Shown here: piece by piece, positions 9,467 to 17,992 of the stretch
Position numbering within the stretch: position 1 is the first letter of the stretch
Layout: every line of letters starts with the position of its first letter
Assembly (NCBI GenBank): GCA_963662315.1
Contig: OY759353.1
Coordinates: 416,001 to 480,000, forward strand
DNA: 64,000 nucleotides
Source: Geopsychrobacteraceae bacterium
GTDB lineage: Bacteria > Desulfobacterota > Desulfuromonadia > Desulfuromonadales > Geopsychrobacteraceae
Direction of reading: 5' to 3'
The notes under the pieces: model-generated
What the model saw: the letters and a program-made list of their open reading frames with translations, nothing else
What the model was told of the DNA's origin: nothing
The model's database searches: none
Made by a program: the position numbers and the translations under genes

Positions 9467-10606
9467 ATGTCCAGTCAGGAAATTAGCATAGCTACTGCGG
9501 CCGATCTTCTTGCTTCCCTGAGACATCGGGATCCTCGTGTGCGGGCGGCCATTCTGCAGGCTTCGGCGCAACAGCCGGAAAAAGTACAGGATCTGGCCGC
9601 GCGAGAAGGTGTTGATCTTTTTGGTGAACTGTTCGCATTGCGTAAAGAAGCGACAGAAAGCCAATTGCGGCCATATTATGTCCAAGCTCTGTTAAGTATG
9701 AACGATATGCGAGCGGATGATCTGGCTACGGAAGAGTTTTTAACGACAGACAATAGTAATGTGATCCTGCTAACAGCCCGGAAACTGTCCGGGTTGCCAG
9801 CAGACGAGCGTATCGACCTGTTTGGCCCGGTCATTATGACCGCAGCAAATCAAACACGTACGCGAGCGGCGGCCAACCTTTTAGCAGACTGTCAAAACTT
9901 ACCGGTGCAGTTAGGCATCCGTGTTGCTGCGAGTAGTGATCACCAGGTGGATATCGCTCCTTTGTCACAGTCCACTTTAAAAGAGTGGGTCGCTGAGCTC
10001 CAGGGCCCATATCCACGGCGAACACGCCAGATTCTACTTGCTAAAGATGATGGATCCTTTGAGACGTTGGTAGAAAGCTGGCATCAGTTGCCATTGCAGA
10101 TCAAACAATGGGCACTTTCGGAAGTTGTTCAACAATATATGGATGCCAACAAAGCATGGCTGATCCGAAAAGTTCTGTGCGAAGAGAATGATAGTCAACT
10201 GTTGGTTGAAGCTATAAAAGCTTCAGTCGATGACCTGCCTGATAAAGATAGAATGACACTTTTGACAAAGTATTTGAACCATTCCCACCCTGATGTTCGC
10301 GCCGCTGCTGTTAGTTATGGGCAACTCGTTTTTGATGCCAAAGGTATGTATGAAGAAGAACCTGATCTTCGCGTAAAAGTTGCCCTCTTATCGTATTTGT
10401 CTCAGGAGATGATGGCAGAGAATATTGAGTTTATTGCATTGCAGTTAGGAGATAGTCACTGGAAAATTCGTTCTGCAGCATCGTTTGCATTAGCTAGCAT
10501 GGCCCCGGATTCGATGCCTGTCATTGTTGAGCTGTTAAACAGTGACGTCATGACAATAAAGGCCGGCGCGATTCAAGCGATGAAAAGGTTGAAGCCTGCT
10601 TATTGA
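9467..10606 (+). CDS. HEAT-repeat protein
   Basis: LRHRDPRVRAA, LNHSHPDVRAAA and LGDSHWKIRSAA repeats. ATG 9467 chosen to avoid overlap with the upstream gene. Confidence 0.8.
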   Translation: MSSQEISIATAADLLASLRHRDPRVRAAILQASAQQPEKVQDLAAREGVDLFGELFALRKEATESQLRPYYVQALLSMNDMRADDLATEEFLTTDNSNVILLTARKLSGLPADERIDLFGPVIMTAANQTRTRAAANLLADCQNLPVQLGIRVAASSDHQVDIAPLSQSTLKEWVAELQGPYPRRTRQILLAKDDGSFETLVESWHQLPLQIKQWALSEVVQQYMDANKAWLIRKVLCEENDSQLLVEAIKASVDDLPDKDRMTLLTKYLNHSHPDVRAAAVSYGQLVFDAKGMYEEEPDLRVKVALLSYLSQEMMAENIEFIALQLGDSHWKIRSAASFALASMAPDSMPVIVELLNSDVMTIKAGAIQAMKRLKPAY

Positions 10607-10774
10607 TGGGGGGGCTATCCTGCCGCATTTTGGCTGGGATACAGTCTGATTGGGCTGCTGAGTAGTTACAAAATTTCTCTTACTAACCTGATCCTAAACT
10701 ATTCATCATACAGCGCTTACAAAACGCTGGCTATTCTCCGTGACTAATTAATTAATTTATATCCAAGGAGTTTA

Positions 10775-11317
10775 GTGATGAAAAAAATTGTATTTCTGTG
10801 TCTCGTTGCTGTCATGTTTATCGCCGGCTGCAGTGGTATGTCCGCTAAGGAAGAATCTGTTACAAAGCAGATTCTATCAAAAGATGGTAACTTTTTTGTC
10901 TGGCAGCACTTGGGGCGTCATTATGTGCTGGGCAGTGAAATGAGCAACGCCAAGTTTGCTAAATCACCAAATATGCCCTATGCCAGAACCATACTTGGTG
11001 CAGGTCCCAATGGTGAGACGGTTGCTTTTGAAATTGTAAAAAAGGATGACGCTTATACAGAGCGCCTGATTGAAACCTATAATCACACGCCATTTCTTCT
11101 TGCCAGCAAGGGCGATAATTATTTTGTTTATAAGTACAATGGGCGTATTTATGTTATTGGCAGCGCGAAAACCAATCAAAAGTTTCAGGCAAATCCGCAC
11201 CTGCCTCTGACCAAAACTTTACTGGGAGCCGGACCTAACGGAGAGACCGTTATTTTTGAATTTGATAAGAACGATCCAAAAGCAACTGATCGTTTGATCA
11301 AGACCTATCAGGGTTGA
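10775..11317 (+). CDS. Lipoprotein with an internally duplicated domain
   Basis: AAGGAG RBS, IAGC lipobox, two copies of YVxGS...LGAGPNGETVxFE. Confidence 0.8.
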   Translation: MMKKIVFLCLVAVMFIAGCSGMSAKEESVTKQILSKDGNFFVWQHLGRHYVLGSEMSNAKFAKSPNMPYARTILGAGPNGETVAFEIVKKDDAYTERLIETYNHTPFLLASKGDNYFVYKYNGRIYVIGSAKTNQKFQANPHLPLTKTLLGAGPNGETVIFEFDKNDPKATDRLIKTYQG

Positions 11318-11368
11318 TTAACCTTTTTTATATCAGGTTGAAGATAATTATTCGAAAGTTAATACTTT

Positions 11369-11402
11369 AGGCCGGTATCACGTCATGATACCGGCCTGTT
11401 TT
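11369..11402. terminator. Terminator hairpin between convergent genes
   Basis: Perfect stem AGGCCGGTATCA-5 nt-TGATACCGGCCT. Confidence 0.75.
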
Positions 11403-11422
11403 AATTCATTGGCAAGATAGTG

Positions 11423-12940
11423 TTAGCTGGAGCAGGCCAGCCATGAACTGTCTTCTGTAAGATGTTCAATATAGGATTCATTATTCTGATGGGAAAAGTG
11501 TCCGAATAATGCAGAAATTTCCTGCTCAATATGGGTGATGGAACTTTTAATCAAGCCGCTATTGAAGTTTTCGTTTCCGAGTTTTATGACCAGGTTCATG
11601 GCTGAAATTCGACTGAAAATCTGACCCAGTTCACTCAATTTACGTTGTGGTAACTGAGGCTGTAAGGCAAAATTGGTAAACTTCTTCAAGCGGTCGGCAG
11701 CAAGTGACGTCAGGTCAAGGTCGGAGAGCAGGTTGTACAGATTGCTGTCTTTGGCCCTTTGAATGTGTTTCTGGATAGCTTCCCCAATCTGAATGTAAAG
11801 GATGTCGTTGGACCCTTCAAAAATCTGAAACGGTCTGCTGTCGACGATGGCACGCCCGGCGATATGATTGAGTCGATAACCCTGGGCGCCCACCAGTTGG
11901 AGTAGGGATTGCGCCGTATTCTGCATCAAATCCGTCAGATAGGTCTTGACGGAGTTTGCTTCCAGGCCGATAGAAGCGAGATCATTGCTCAGATCCGCTT
12001 TTTTGCTGCTGTTCAGGCACATGGCATTGGCTACAGTATAGGCTGCTTGCAAAGCAGACAGGCGCTGCTGGACCTGATCATAGTTGAATAAGCTGCGACC
12101 GCTGACATATCTGTTGCGGCAGTGACTGACGGCTTCATCAAGCATACGGTGAATAAAGCCCATTCCCATGCCGGGAAACTGCATGCGGCTGCGATGCAGC
12201 AGATCGAGCATCATTTTGATGCCACTACTGTGGGGCACGAGTTTCTGAACCTTAGGGATCTGGACATTAATGCGGTTGCGGCCGTAGGGGAGCAGATAGA
12301 TGCCCAGATTTTCATAAAACTCTTCAACAACGATCTGCTGATTCGGGGCAGATACATCACAAATGAAGAAGTCGATATCACGGCCAAGTTCACCGGTTTC
12401 GTTCTGTTTGCGGGCAGTAAGCAGCCAATAATCGGCCCAGCCGGTCAGTCCCGCCCAGTGCTTGGTCCCTTGCAGGTGGTAACTTTCCTCATCTTCGGTA
12501 TAGGCAGTTTTCATATGCAGTGCGTCACTGCCATGGCCAGGTTCGGTAATCATCAGTCCACCCATTTTCTGCTGGTGAATAAAATCATCAAGAACAGGTT
12601 TCTTGGCAATTTCCTGTGCATATTTTATAACTGGTTGCAGAAACAGAGCCCAGTTGATTCCGAAACCGAGTGACAGCGGCAGGGATTCATAACTCGCTGC
12701 CGCAGTTATCGCCAATCCTTCACTGATATAACCACCACGTCCGCCATATTCTTTTGGGATATAGGTCGCCAGGGGGTTGCAGGACATGATCTCGCGTAGC
12801 ACAAACGGTGGCATGCCGCGCTTGATACTGAGCTCATTCAGATCGGTTCGTTGGTGAAAGAGCTGATGTAGTTTGTGTTTGAAGGATTCAAGGTATTCCG
12901 AAAATGGTTGTATTACAGTGTTTGCAGATGTCAAAGACAC
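11423..12940 (-). CDS. Acyl-CoA dehydrogenase family protein
   Basis: MITEPGHGSD, GTKHW and FQIFEGSNDIL motifs. AAAGGAG RBS points to a GTG start at 12940. Confidence 0.88.
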   Translation of the reverse strand: MSLTSANTVIQPFSEYLESFKHKLHQLFHQRTDLNELSIKRGMPPFVLREIMSCNPLATYIPKEYGGRGGYISEGLAITAAASYESLPLSLGFGINWALFLQPVIKYAQEIAKKPVLDDFIHQQKMGGLMITEPGHGSDALHMKTAYTEDEESYHLQGTKHWAGLTGWADYWLLTARKQNETGELGRDIDFFICDVSAPNQQIVVEEFYENLGIYLLPYGRNRINVQIPKVQKLVPHSSGIKMMLDLLHRSRMQFPGMGMGFIHRMLDEAVSHCRNRYVSGRSLFNYDQVQQRLSALQAAYTVANAMCLNSSKKADLSNDLASIGLEANSVKTYLTDLMQNTAQSLLQLVGAQGYRLNHIAGRAIVDSRPFQIFEGSNDILYIQIGEAIQKHIQRAKDSNLYNLLSDLDLTSLAADRLKKFTNFALQPQLPQRKLSELGQIFSRISAMNLVIKLGNENFNSGLIKSSITHIEQEISALFGHFSHQNNESYIEHLTEDSSWLACSS

Positions 12941-13024
12941 GTCAGGGCTCCTTTGCTCCAGGCAGTCCAATAAATAGTGCATATTAAATAGTTACAGATT
13001 CCGGGTTAATTGCAATCGTGAATG

Positions 13025-13059
13025 CAAAAAAGCTCCGAATGTGGGTCGGAGCTTTTTTG
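13025..13059. terminator. Intrinsic terminator (A and T tails on both sides)
   Basis: AAAAAAGCTCCGA-7 nt-TCGGAGCTTTTTT. Confidence 0.8.
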
Positions 13060-13108
13060 TCCTATCAGATGGATGATTGTGAAAGTTAGTAATAAGATAG
13101 TTCTCACT

Positions 13109-13156
13109 TTATACCATAGTTGACAGTATGTGCTGCGGTGGCTCAGAAACGTTCAT
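13109..13156 (-). CDS. Putative 15-aa small peptide MNVSEPPQHILSTMV
   Basis: Strong RBS AAAGGAGGGAAAC-ATG, with a terminator 50 nt after the stop. Confidence 0.4.
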   Translation of the reverse strand: MNVSEPPQHILSTMV

Positions 13157-13305
13157 GTTTCCCTCCTTTGCTAGCAGTTAAAATATATATATCACCATAA
13201 TGGTAAGGTTTGCAAGTGGGGTGGTAAAAAAGAAAATGGATTTCATTCTAATCAGGGATGAAAGGTATGAAGGCTGGATTAAATGCAGGGGAGGGGACGT
13301 CCAAT

Positions 13306-13338
13306 AAAAAACCGCCCTGCAATGAAGAGCAGGGCGGT
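13306..13338 (-). terminator. Intrinsic terminator after ilvC
   Basis: ACCGCCCTGC/GCAGGGCGGT stem with a T run on the minus strand. Confidence 0.8.
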
Positions 13339-13361
13339 CAAATGTAAAAAAATATAGTGGT

Positions 13362-14831
13362 TTAGATGGCTTTCATGCCCTGCATGGAGGCACGAAGAAC
13401 CTGACCGACTTCTTCAACAAGGTGTTCACGGATCTCAGCATTGATAGCAACCAGCGTCTGGTTGTCAACACCTGTGTCGGACAGTTCAAGTCCTTTACCG
13501 ATGAGTGTTGTATCAATTTTACTCATGAAGTCCTGCAGCAGTGGCAGGCAGGCATGGTTGAAAAGGTAACAACCGTACTCAGCGGTATCTGAAATAACGC
13601 GGTTCATTTCGTAGAGTTTTTTACGTGCGATGGTGTTGGCAATGAGCGGAGTTTCGTGAAGAGACTCATAGTAAGCAGATTCTGGCTCAATACCTGCTTC
13701 AACCATGGTCTCAAAAGCCAGCTCGACGCCAGCTTTAACCATGGCAACCATCAGGATTCCTTTATCGAAGAATTCCTGTTCGCTGATGTCACCTTTGGAG
13801 TCAGCCTTTTCGAAAGCGGTTTCAGCCGTTTCTTTACGCCAGGTCAGCAATTTGATGTCGTCATTGGCCCAGTCAGCCATCATTGTACTGGAGAATTCAC
13901 CGGACAGGATGTCGTCCATGTGTTTTTCAAACAGAGGCTGCATAATGTCTTTCAACTCTTCGGCCAGGTCGAAAGCAACAAGTTTGGCAGGGTTGGAAAG
14001 ACGGTCCATCATGTTGGTGATACCACCTTGTTTAAGCGCTTCGGTGATGGTTTCCCACCCTTGCTGAACCAGTTTTGATGCCCAACTGGGGTCAATACCG
14101 TCAGCGACCATTTTATCAAAGCAGAGCAAAGAACCGGTTTGGAGCATGCCGCACAGAATGGTTTGCTCACCCATCAGGTCGGATTTCACTTCCGCGATGA
14201 AGGAGGACTCAAGAACCCCGGCACGATCGCCACCCTGAGCTGAACAGAGCGCTTTAGCAATCTCAAGGCCGTCGCCGTTAGGATCGTTTTCGCCGTGCAC
14301 AGCGATCAGGGTCGGAACGCCGAAACCACGCTTGTATTCTTCGCGAACTTCGGTACCCGGACATTTAGGTGCAACCATGATGACAGTCAGGTCTTCGCGA
14401 ATGACGGTCCCTTCTTCAACAATGTTGAAGCCGTGAGCGTAGGAAAACGTTGCTCCTTGCTTCATGAGCGGTACAACCGTCTCAACAACATTCGTATGTT
14501 GCTTGTCGGGAGCCAGGTTCATAACGATGTCGGCGGTAGGCAGCATTTCTGCGTAGGTGCCAACTTTAAAACCGTTATCTGTTGCATTGATATATGATTG
14601 ACGCTTCTCAGCGATAGCGGCTTCACGCAGGGCATAGGAGACATCCAGCCCGCTGTCACGCATGTTGAGACCCTGGTTCAGGCCCTGGGCACCACAACCA
14701 ACGATGACGATTTTTTTCCCTTTAACGTATTCGCAACCGTTGGCAAACTCAGAGGCTTCCATGAAACGGCAGGTAGCAAGTTCCTGAACCTGACGGCGGA
14801 AGGGGAGGGAATTGAAATAATTTTGGCCCAT
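13362..14831 (-). CDS. ilvC: Ketol-acid reductoisomerase, long (class II) form
   Basis: NYFN N-terminus, [19 protein letters not shown] and [10 protein letters not shown]; 489 aa, like E. coli IlvC. Confidence 0.97.
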   Translation of the reverse strand: MGQNYFNSLPFRRQVQELATCRFMEASEFANGCEYVKGKKIVIVGCGAQGLNQGLNMRDSGLDVSYALREAAIAEKRQSYINATDNGFKVGTYAEMLPTADIVMNLAPDKQHTNVVETVVPLMKQGATFSYAHGFNIVEEGTVIREDLTVIMVAPKCPGTEVREEYKRGFGVPTLIAVHGENDPNGDGLEIAKALCSAQGGDRAGVLESSFIAEVKSDLMGEQTILCGMLQTGSLLCFDKMVADGIDPSWASKLVQQGWETITEALKQGGITNMMDRLSNPAKLVAFDLAEELKDIMQPLFEKHMDDILSGEFSSTMMADWANDDIKLLTWRKETAETAFEKADSKGDISEQEFFDKGILMVAMVKAGVELAFETMVEAGIEPESAYYESLHETPLIANTIARKKLYEMNRVISDTAEYGCYLFNHACLPLLQDFMSKIDTTLIGKGLELSDTGVDNQTLVAINAEIREHLVEEVGQVLRASMQGMKAI

Positions 14832-14936
14832 CTGCTTTCTCCTTTGAAATAATTTTGAATAACTCTTTAGTTTTTAATGACAAACTAGCTGATTTAGAGT
14901 CGAAAAATTGTGTCTGAGTAATCTATCCTGTATTGT

Positions 14937-14988
14937 TTGTTGCGTAAATTGATTTATTGTGTAAATAGTGTTGCGTAAAGTGAAATAA
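14937..14988. promoter_or_regulatory. Putative tandem IlvY operator sites
   Basis: Direct repeat TGTTGCGTAAA at 14938 and 14969 in the divergent ilvC-ilvY gap, with LysR-type T-N11-A geometry. Confidence 0.5.
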
Positions 14989-15005
14989 TAGGGGGTGTTG
15001 CATAT

Positions 15006-15896
15006 ATGGATATTCGTGAATTGGAAGTGTTTTTGGTTGTTGCTGATCAGCTTCATTTCGGTCGCGCCAGTCACATGTGTAATCTCAGTCCATCTGCCTT
15101 AACCCGCACGATTCAACGCCTTGAAGAGCAGATTGGCCAAGAACTGTTTATGCGTGATAATCGTACGGTCCTGCTTTCCCCGGCCGGAAAACGCTTTTTA
15201 ATCTATGCCCGCCAGGCAGTACAGGACTACACTAGCTTTCAGAATTCACTGAATGGCATTCAGCAGGTTGCAGGAGCCTTATCCCTTTATGCATCGATTA
15301 CTGCCGTTTACAGCATTTTACCCACGCTCATGGAAGCTTATCGTGCCACTTATCCGGAGGTTCAGCTTGACTTAAGGACCGGTGCGGCTGAAAAGGCCGT
15401 AGCGCAGGTTGAAGCTGGGGAGATAGATATAGCTGTTGCGGCACTGCCAGATCGCCACAGCTCTGGGATTGTGTTTCAACCGATTATGACAACCCCCCTG
15501 GTGTTCATTGCGACACATTCTTTTGCCGATCAATTATTGCAGAATGATGTCACGCTGGATTTGCGTTCTTTGCCGCTGGTCTTGCCGGAATCCGGTCTGT
15601 CTCGGCGGAGACTCGATCAATGGCTCAAGAAAAATCGGGTCACACCGAATATCAGTGCTGAGGTCTCAGGAAACGAGGCAATTATTCCGATGGTTCATTT
15701 AGGTGTTGGGGTCGGGATTGTTCCACAGCTGGTCTTGGAACGCAGCCCGTTTCGTGATGATGTACGGGTGCTGCCACAAGGCCCATCCCTGGAACCATAT
15801 ATTGTCGGCTTGTGTTCAAGTCGAAAAAATCTACAGAAGCCGGTAGTGCAAGCATTCTGGCAGTTGGCGGAGGAACAGTCAGGGAAAAACGGATAG
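15006..15896 (+). CDS. ilvY: LysR-family regulator IlvY
   Basis: LHFGRAS...SPSALTRTIQRLE HTH, ASITAVYS and EVSGNEAI; divergent from ilvC. Confidence 0.92.
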   Translation: MDIRELEVFLVVADQLHFGRASHMCNLSPSALTRTIQRLEEQIGQELFMRDNRTVLLSPAGKRFLIYARQAVQDYTSFQNSLNGIQQVAGALSLYASITAVYSILPTLMEAYRATYPEVQLDLRTGAAEKAVAQVEAGEIDIAVAALPDRHSSGIVFQPIMTTPLVFIATHSFADQLLQNDVTLDLRSLPLVLPESGLSRRRLDQWLKKNRVTPNISAEVSGNEAIIPMVHLGVGVGIVPQLVLERSPFRDDVRVLPQGPSLEPYIVGLCSSRKNLQKPVVQAFWQLAEEQSGKNG

Positions 15897-15924
15897 CGGG
15901 CGGCAGGCATAACCTGCTCATTAA

Positions 15925-16149
15925 TCAACGCGCCCGAATAATATCCAGAATTATCTCTTCACCAGGAAACTGTCCTGTCGCTTTTTTTGAATAAATCAGT
16001 TCCCCGTCAATAACAACCTCGAAAACACCACCACTGGAGGGAATCCTTTCAACTTCAAGGTAGAACTCTTTCTCAATTTTAGCCGCCAGACTGGCAGCAC
16101 GCGGGCGGTAGCCTCACTGATTACAAAATTCAATACTGATATTCATCAT
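15925..16149 (-). CDS. SelW/SelT/SelH (Rdx family) selenoprotein with CxxU motif
   Basis: Reading through the in-frame TGA at 16116-16114 gives MMNISIEFCNQUGYRPRAASLA...SGGVFEVVIDGELIYSKKATGQFP. RBS AGGAG upstream and a SECIS-like hairpin downstream. Confidence 0.93.
16082..16098 (-). promoter_or_regulatory. Bacterial SECIS element
   Basis: GCTGCCA-GTC-TGGCGGC hairpin starting 15 nt after the UGA, with G in the apical loop. Confidence 0.75.
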
Positions 16150-16160
16150 GCTTCTCCTGT

Positions 16161-16829
16161 CTAAAAAAGGCTTCCCGTGACACCTTCCTGACTGATTCTG
16201 CTTTTTTCTGCCAGTTTAGCGAGCTCCGCAGTCGCATCGTCTTTGTTGATTTTGGCAATTTTCTTCATGGTCTCAAAAGTAACATCCTCAAAGCCAAAAT
16301 GTTGCTTCAGGTCATCAACCAAGTGTGTCCAGAGCTTGGCCGTCACTTCTGCATCTGCCAGAGCACGATGGAACTGACCGTTTTGAGGTATCTGTTTGTA
16401 CTTGACCAGTGTTTCAAGCTTGTAGTTGATGACGTCAGGATAAATGCGTCTGGCCAGCTGTAATGTACAACCAAAGTTTAACGGGCGTTTTTTGTCAATC
16501 AGATTCAGTTCCGATTCCAGAAATTTCATATCGAATGAAGCATTATGTGCTACAAGCGGATGACTGCTGATAAAGCGGGCAAAGTCTTCCATGACTTTCT
16601 CTGCGGGGGGGGCATCCTGCAGCATCAGATTGGTAATACCGGTGATGCTTTCTATTTCTTTAGTAACTAAAAAGCCTGGGTTGATAAGACTTTGAAAGCG
16701 TTCTTCAATTTTATTGTCGACAAGCTTTACAGCACCAACCTCAATGGCACGATCGCCACGGTCCGGGTACATGCCAGTTGTTTCAAAGTCAAGGATGATG
16801 ATGGTTTCATGAGAGTTGAATAGATCCAC
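16161..16829 (-). CDS. DEDDh 3'-5' exonuclease (DNA polymerase III epsilon-like)
   Basis: LDFETTG, AHNASFD and HRALADA motifs. Confidence 0.9.
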   Translation of the reverse strand: MDLFNSHETIIILDFETTGMYPDRGDRAIEVGAVKLVDNKIEERFQSLINPGFLVTKEIESITGITNLMLQDAPPAEKVMEDFARFISSHPLVAHNASFDMKFLESELNLIDKKRPLNFGCTLQLARRIYPDVINYKLETLVKYKQIPQNGQFHRALADAEVTAKLWTHLVDDLKQHFGFEDVTFETMKKIAKINKDDATAELAKLAEKSRISQEGVTGSLF

Positions 16830-16973
16830 AAGAATAATCCCTTAAATATTGAAATGTAAGTTGATATTTCCTCTATTCTCTCTGTGTTTCGTATTTTTAG
16901 TCAAGAGTTGTTGGGGGGGGGATTGCTGAGTGTATTTTTAAATGTAGTCAATGTAATGTAAATGTATCTGAAA

Positions 16974-16990
16974 TGTCGACTATGTTTACA
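16974..16990 (+). promoter_or_regulatory. Putative PEP-CTERM box (PrsR-type enhancer)
   Basis: TGT-N11-ACA ending in TTTACA, 63 nt upstream of the sigma54 GG. Confidence 0.65.
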
Positions 16991-17051
16991 TTTGGCAGAC
17001 AAATTCTTGAAGAGAAAACTTAAATAATTGATGTTTAAAGCTAAATTTTAG

Positions 17052-17068
17052 TTGGCATTTTTGTTGCA
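17052..17068 (+). promoter_or_regulatory. Sigma54 (-24/-12) promoter
   Basis: TTGGCATTTTTGTTGCA, giving GG-N10-GC about 60 nt before the PEP-CTERM gene. Confidence 0.8.
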
Positions 17069-17127
17069 TTGTTGTGTGTCCAGGATGTCACTGATAACCG
17101 AAATTTATTCAGTCTTAGGAGGTAAAA

Positions 17128-17877
17128 ATGAAAAAATTATTAGTGAGTATGTTTGTTGGTCTTATGTTGGCGTTTGGTCTGAGTGCCCAGGCGTTTGCAA
17201 TTTCAGCTGATGTTGTTTTTATTGTTGACGAGTCCGGAAGTATGGGGACTGTTCAAACAAATTTGCGTAACAATATTGGTGCATTTGCAAATATTTTAAG
17301 CTCAGGCGGAGTTGATGCTCAATATGCTTTAGTTGGATATGGTGGTAGTTATTCTAATCCTTATTACGGTGGCCCGAGGTTGTTGACTGATTTCACGGAT
17401 GAAGCAACTTTTGCTACTGATGCTCAATCTTTAATGGCAAATGGTGGTACTGAACCTGGCTACGACGCTATCGGTTTTTCTTTGACAAATACGGGGCTGA
17501 CCTATAGAACCGGTGCAGTCAAAAATCTGATTATATTGACAGATGAACCCTCAAATGGTGATAATTTTTATACAAAAGCCCAGGTTGATGCATTATTGAC
17601 CCAGTCCAAAGCTTTGTTGAATGGAGTTCTGGCAAGCTATTGGGGCGCTATCCCTTCTTATGAGAGTCTTATTACCGGTCATGGGGGTACAGTTTTTGAT
17701 TTAGATCTTTTCAATACGACTGATCAGAGTGTTATAGATACATTCGTGACAGACTTTGCAAATCGTAAACTCCAAGAGATTATTGACGCAGGTACCGTTC
17801 CTGAGCCATCTACCTTCGTTTTACTTGGACTGGGTTTGGTTGGTGCTGCTGTTGCGCGAAAGAAATTTAAAGCATAG
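17128..17877 (+). CDS. vWA-domain PEP-CTERM exosortase substrate
   Basis: Signal peptide, DVVFIVDESGSM MIDAS motif, ILTDE, and C-terminal VPEP-TM-RKKFKA. Confidence 0.92.
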   Translation: MKKLLVSMFVGLMLAFGLSAQAFAISADVVFIVDESGSMGTVQTNLRNNIGAFANILSSGGVDAQYALVGYGGSYSNPYYGGPRLLTDFTDEATFATDAQSLMANGGTEPGYDAIGFSLTNTGLTYRTGAVKNLIILTDEPSNGDNFYTKAQVDALLTQSKALLNGVLASYWGAIPSYESLITGHGGTVFDLDLFNTTDQSVIDTFVTDFANRKLQEIIDAGTVPEPSTFVLLGLGLVGAAVARKKFKA

Positions 17878-17904
17878 TTTACTGGATAGTAAATAATGTT
17901 GTAG

Positions 17905-17938
17905 AAAGGGAGGTAATTTTTTACCTCCCTTTTTTTTT
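17905..17938 (+). terminator. Intrinsic terminator
   Basis: AAAGGGAGGTAA/TTACCTCCCTTT stem plus a long T run. Confidence 0.85.
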
Positions 17939-17992
17939 GACAGTAATCTTGCTAAATAAGGGTTTTCTTTTTGGTGATGGGTCTTTCATATC

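Noticed and set aside
16913..16921. G9 tract between divergent promoters as a phase-variation site
   Set aside because: It lies outside the predicted promoter and enhancer spacings, and a single sequence cannot show length variation.
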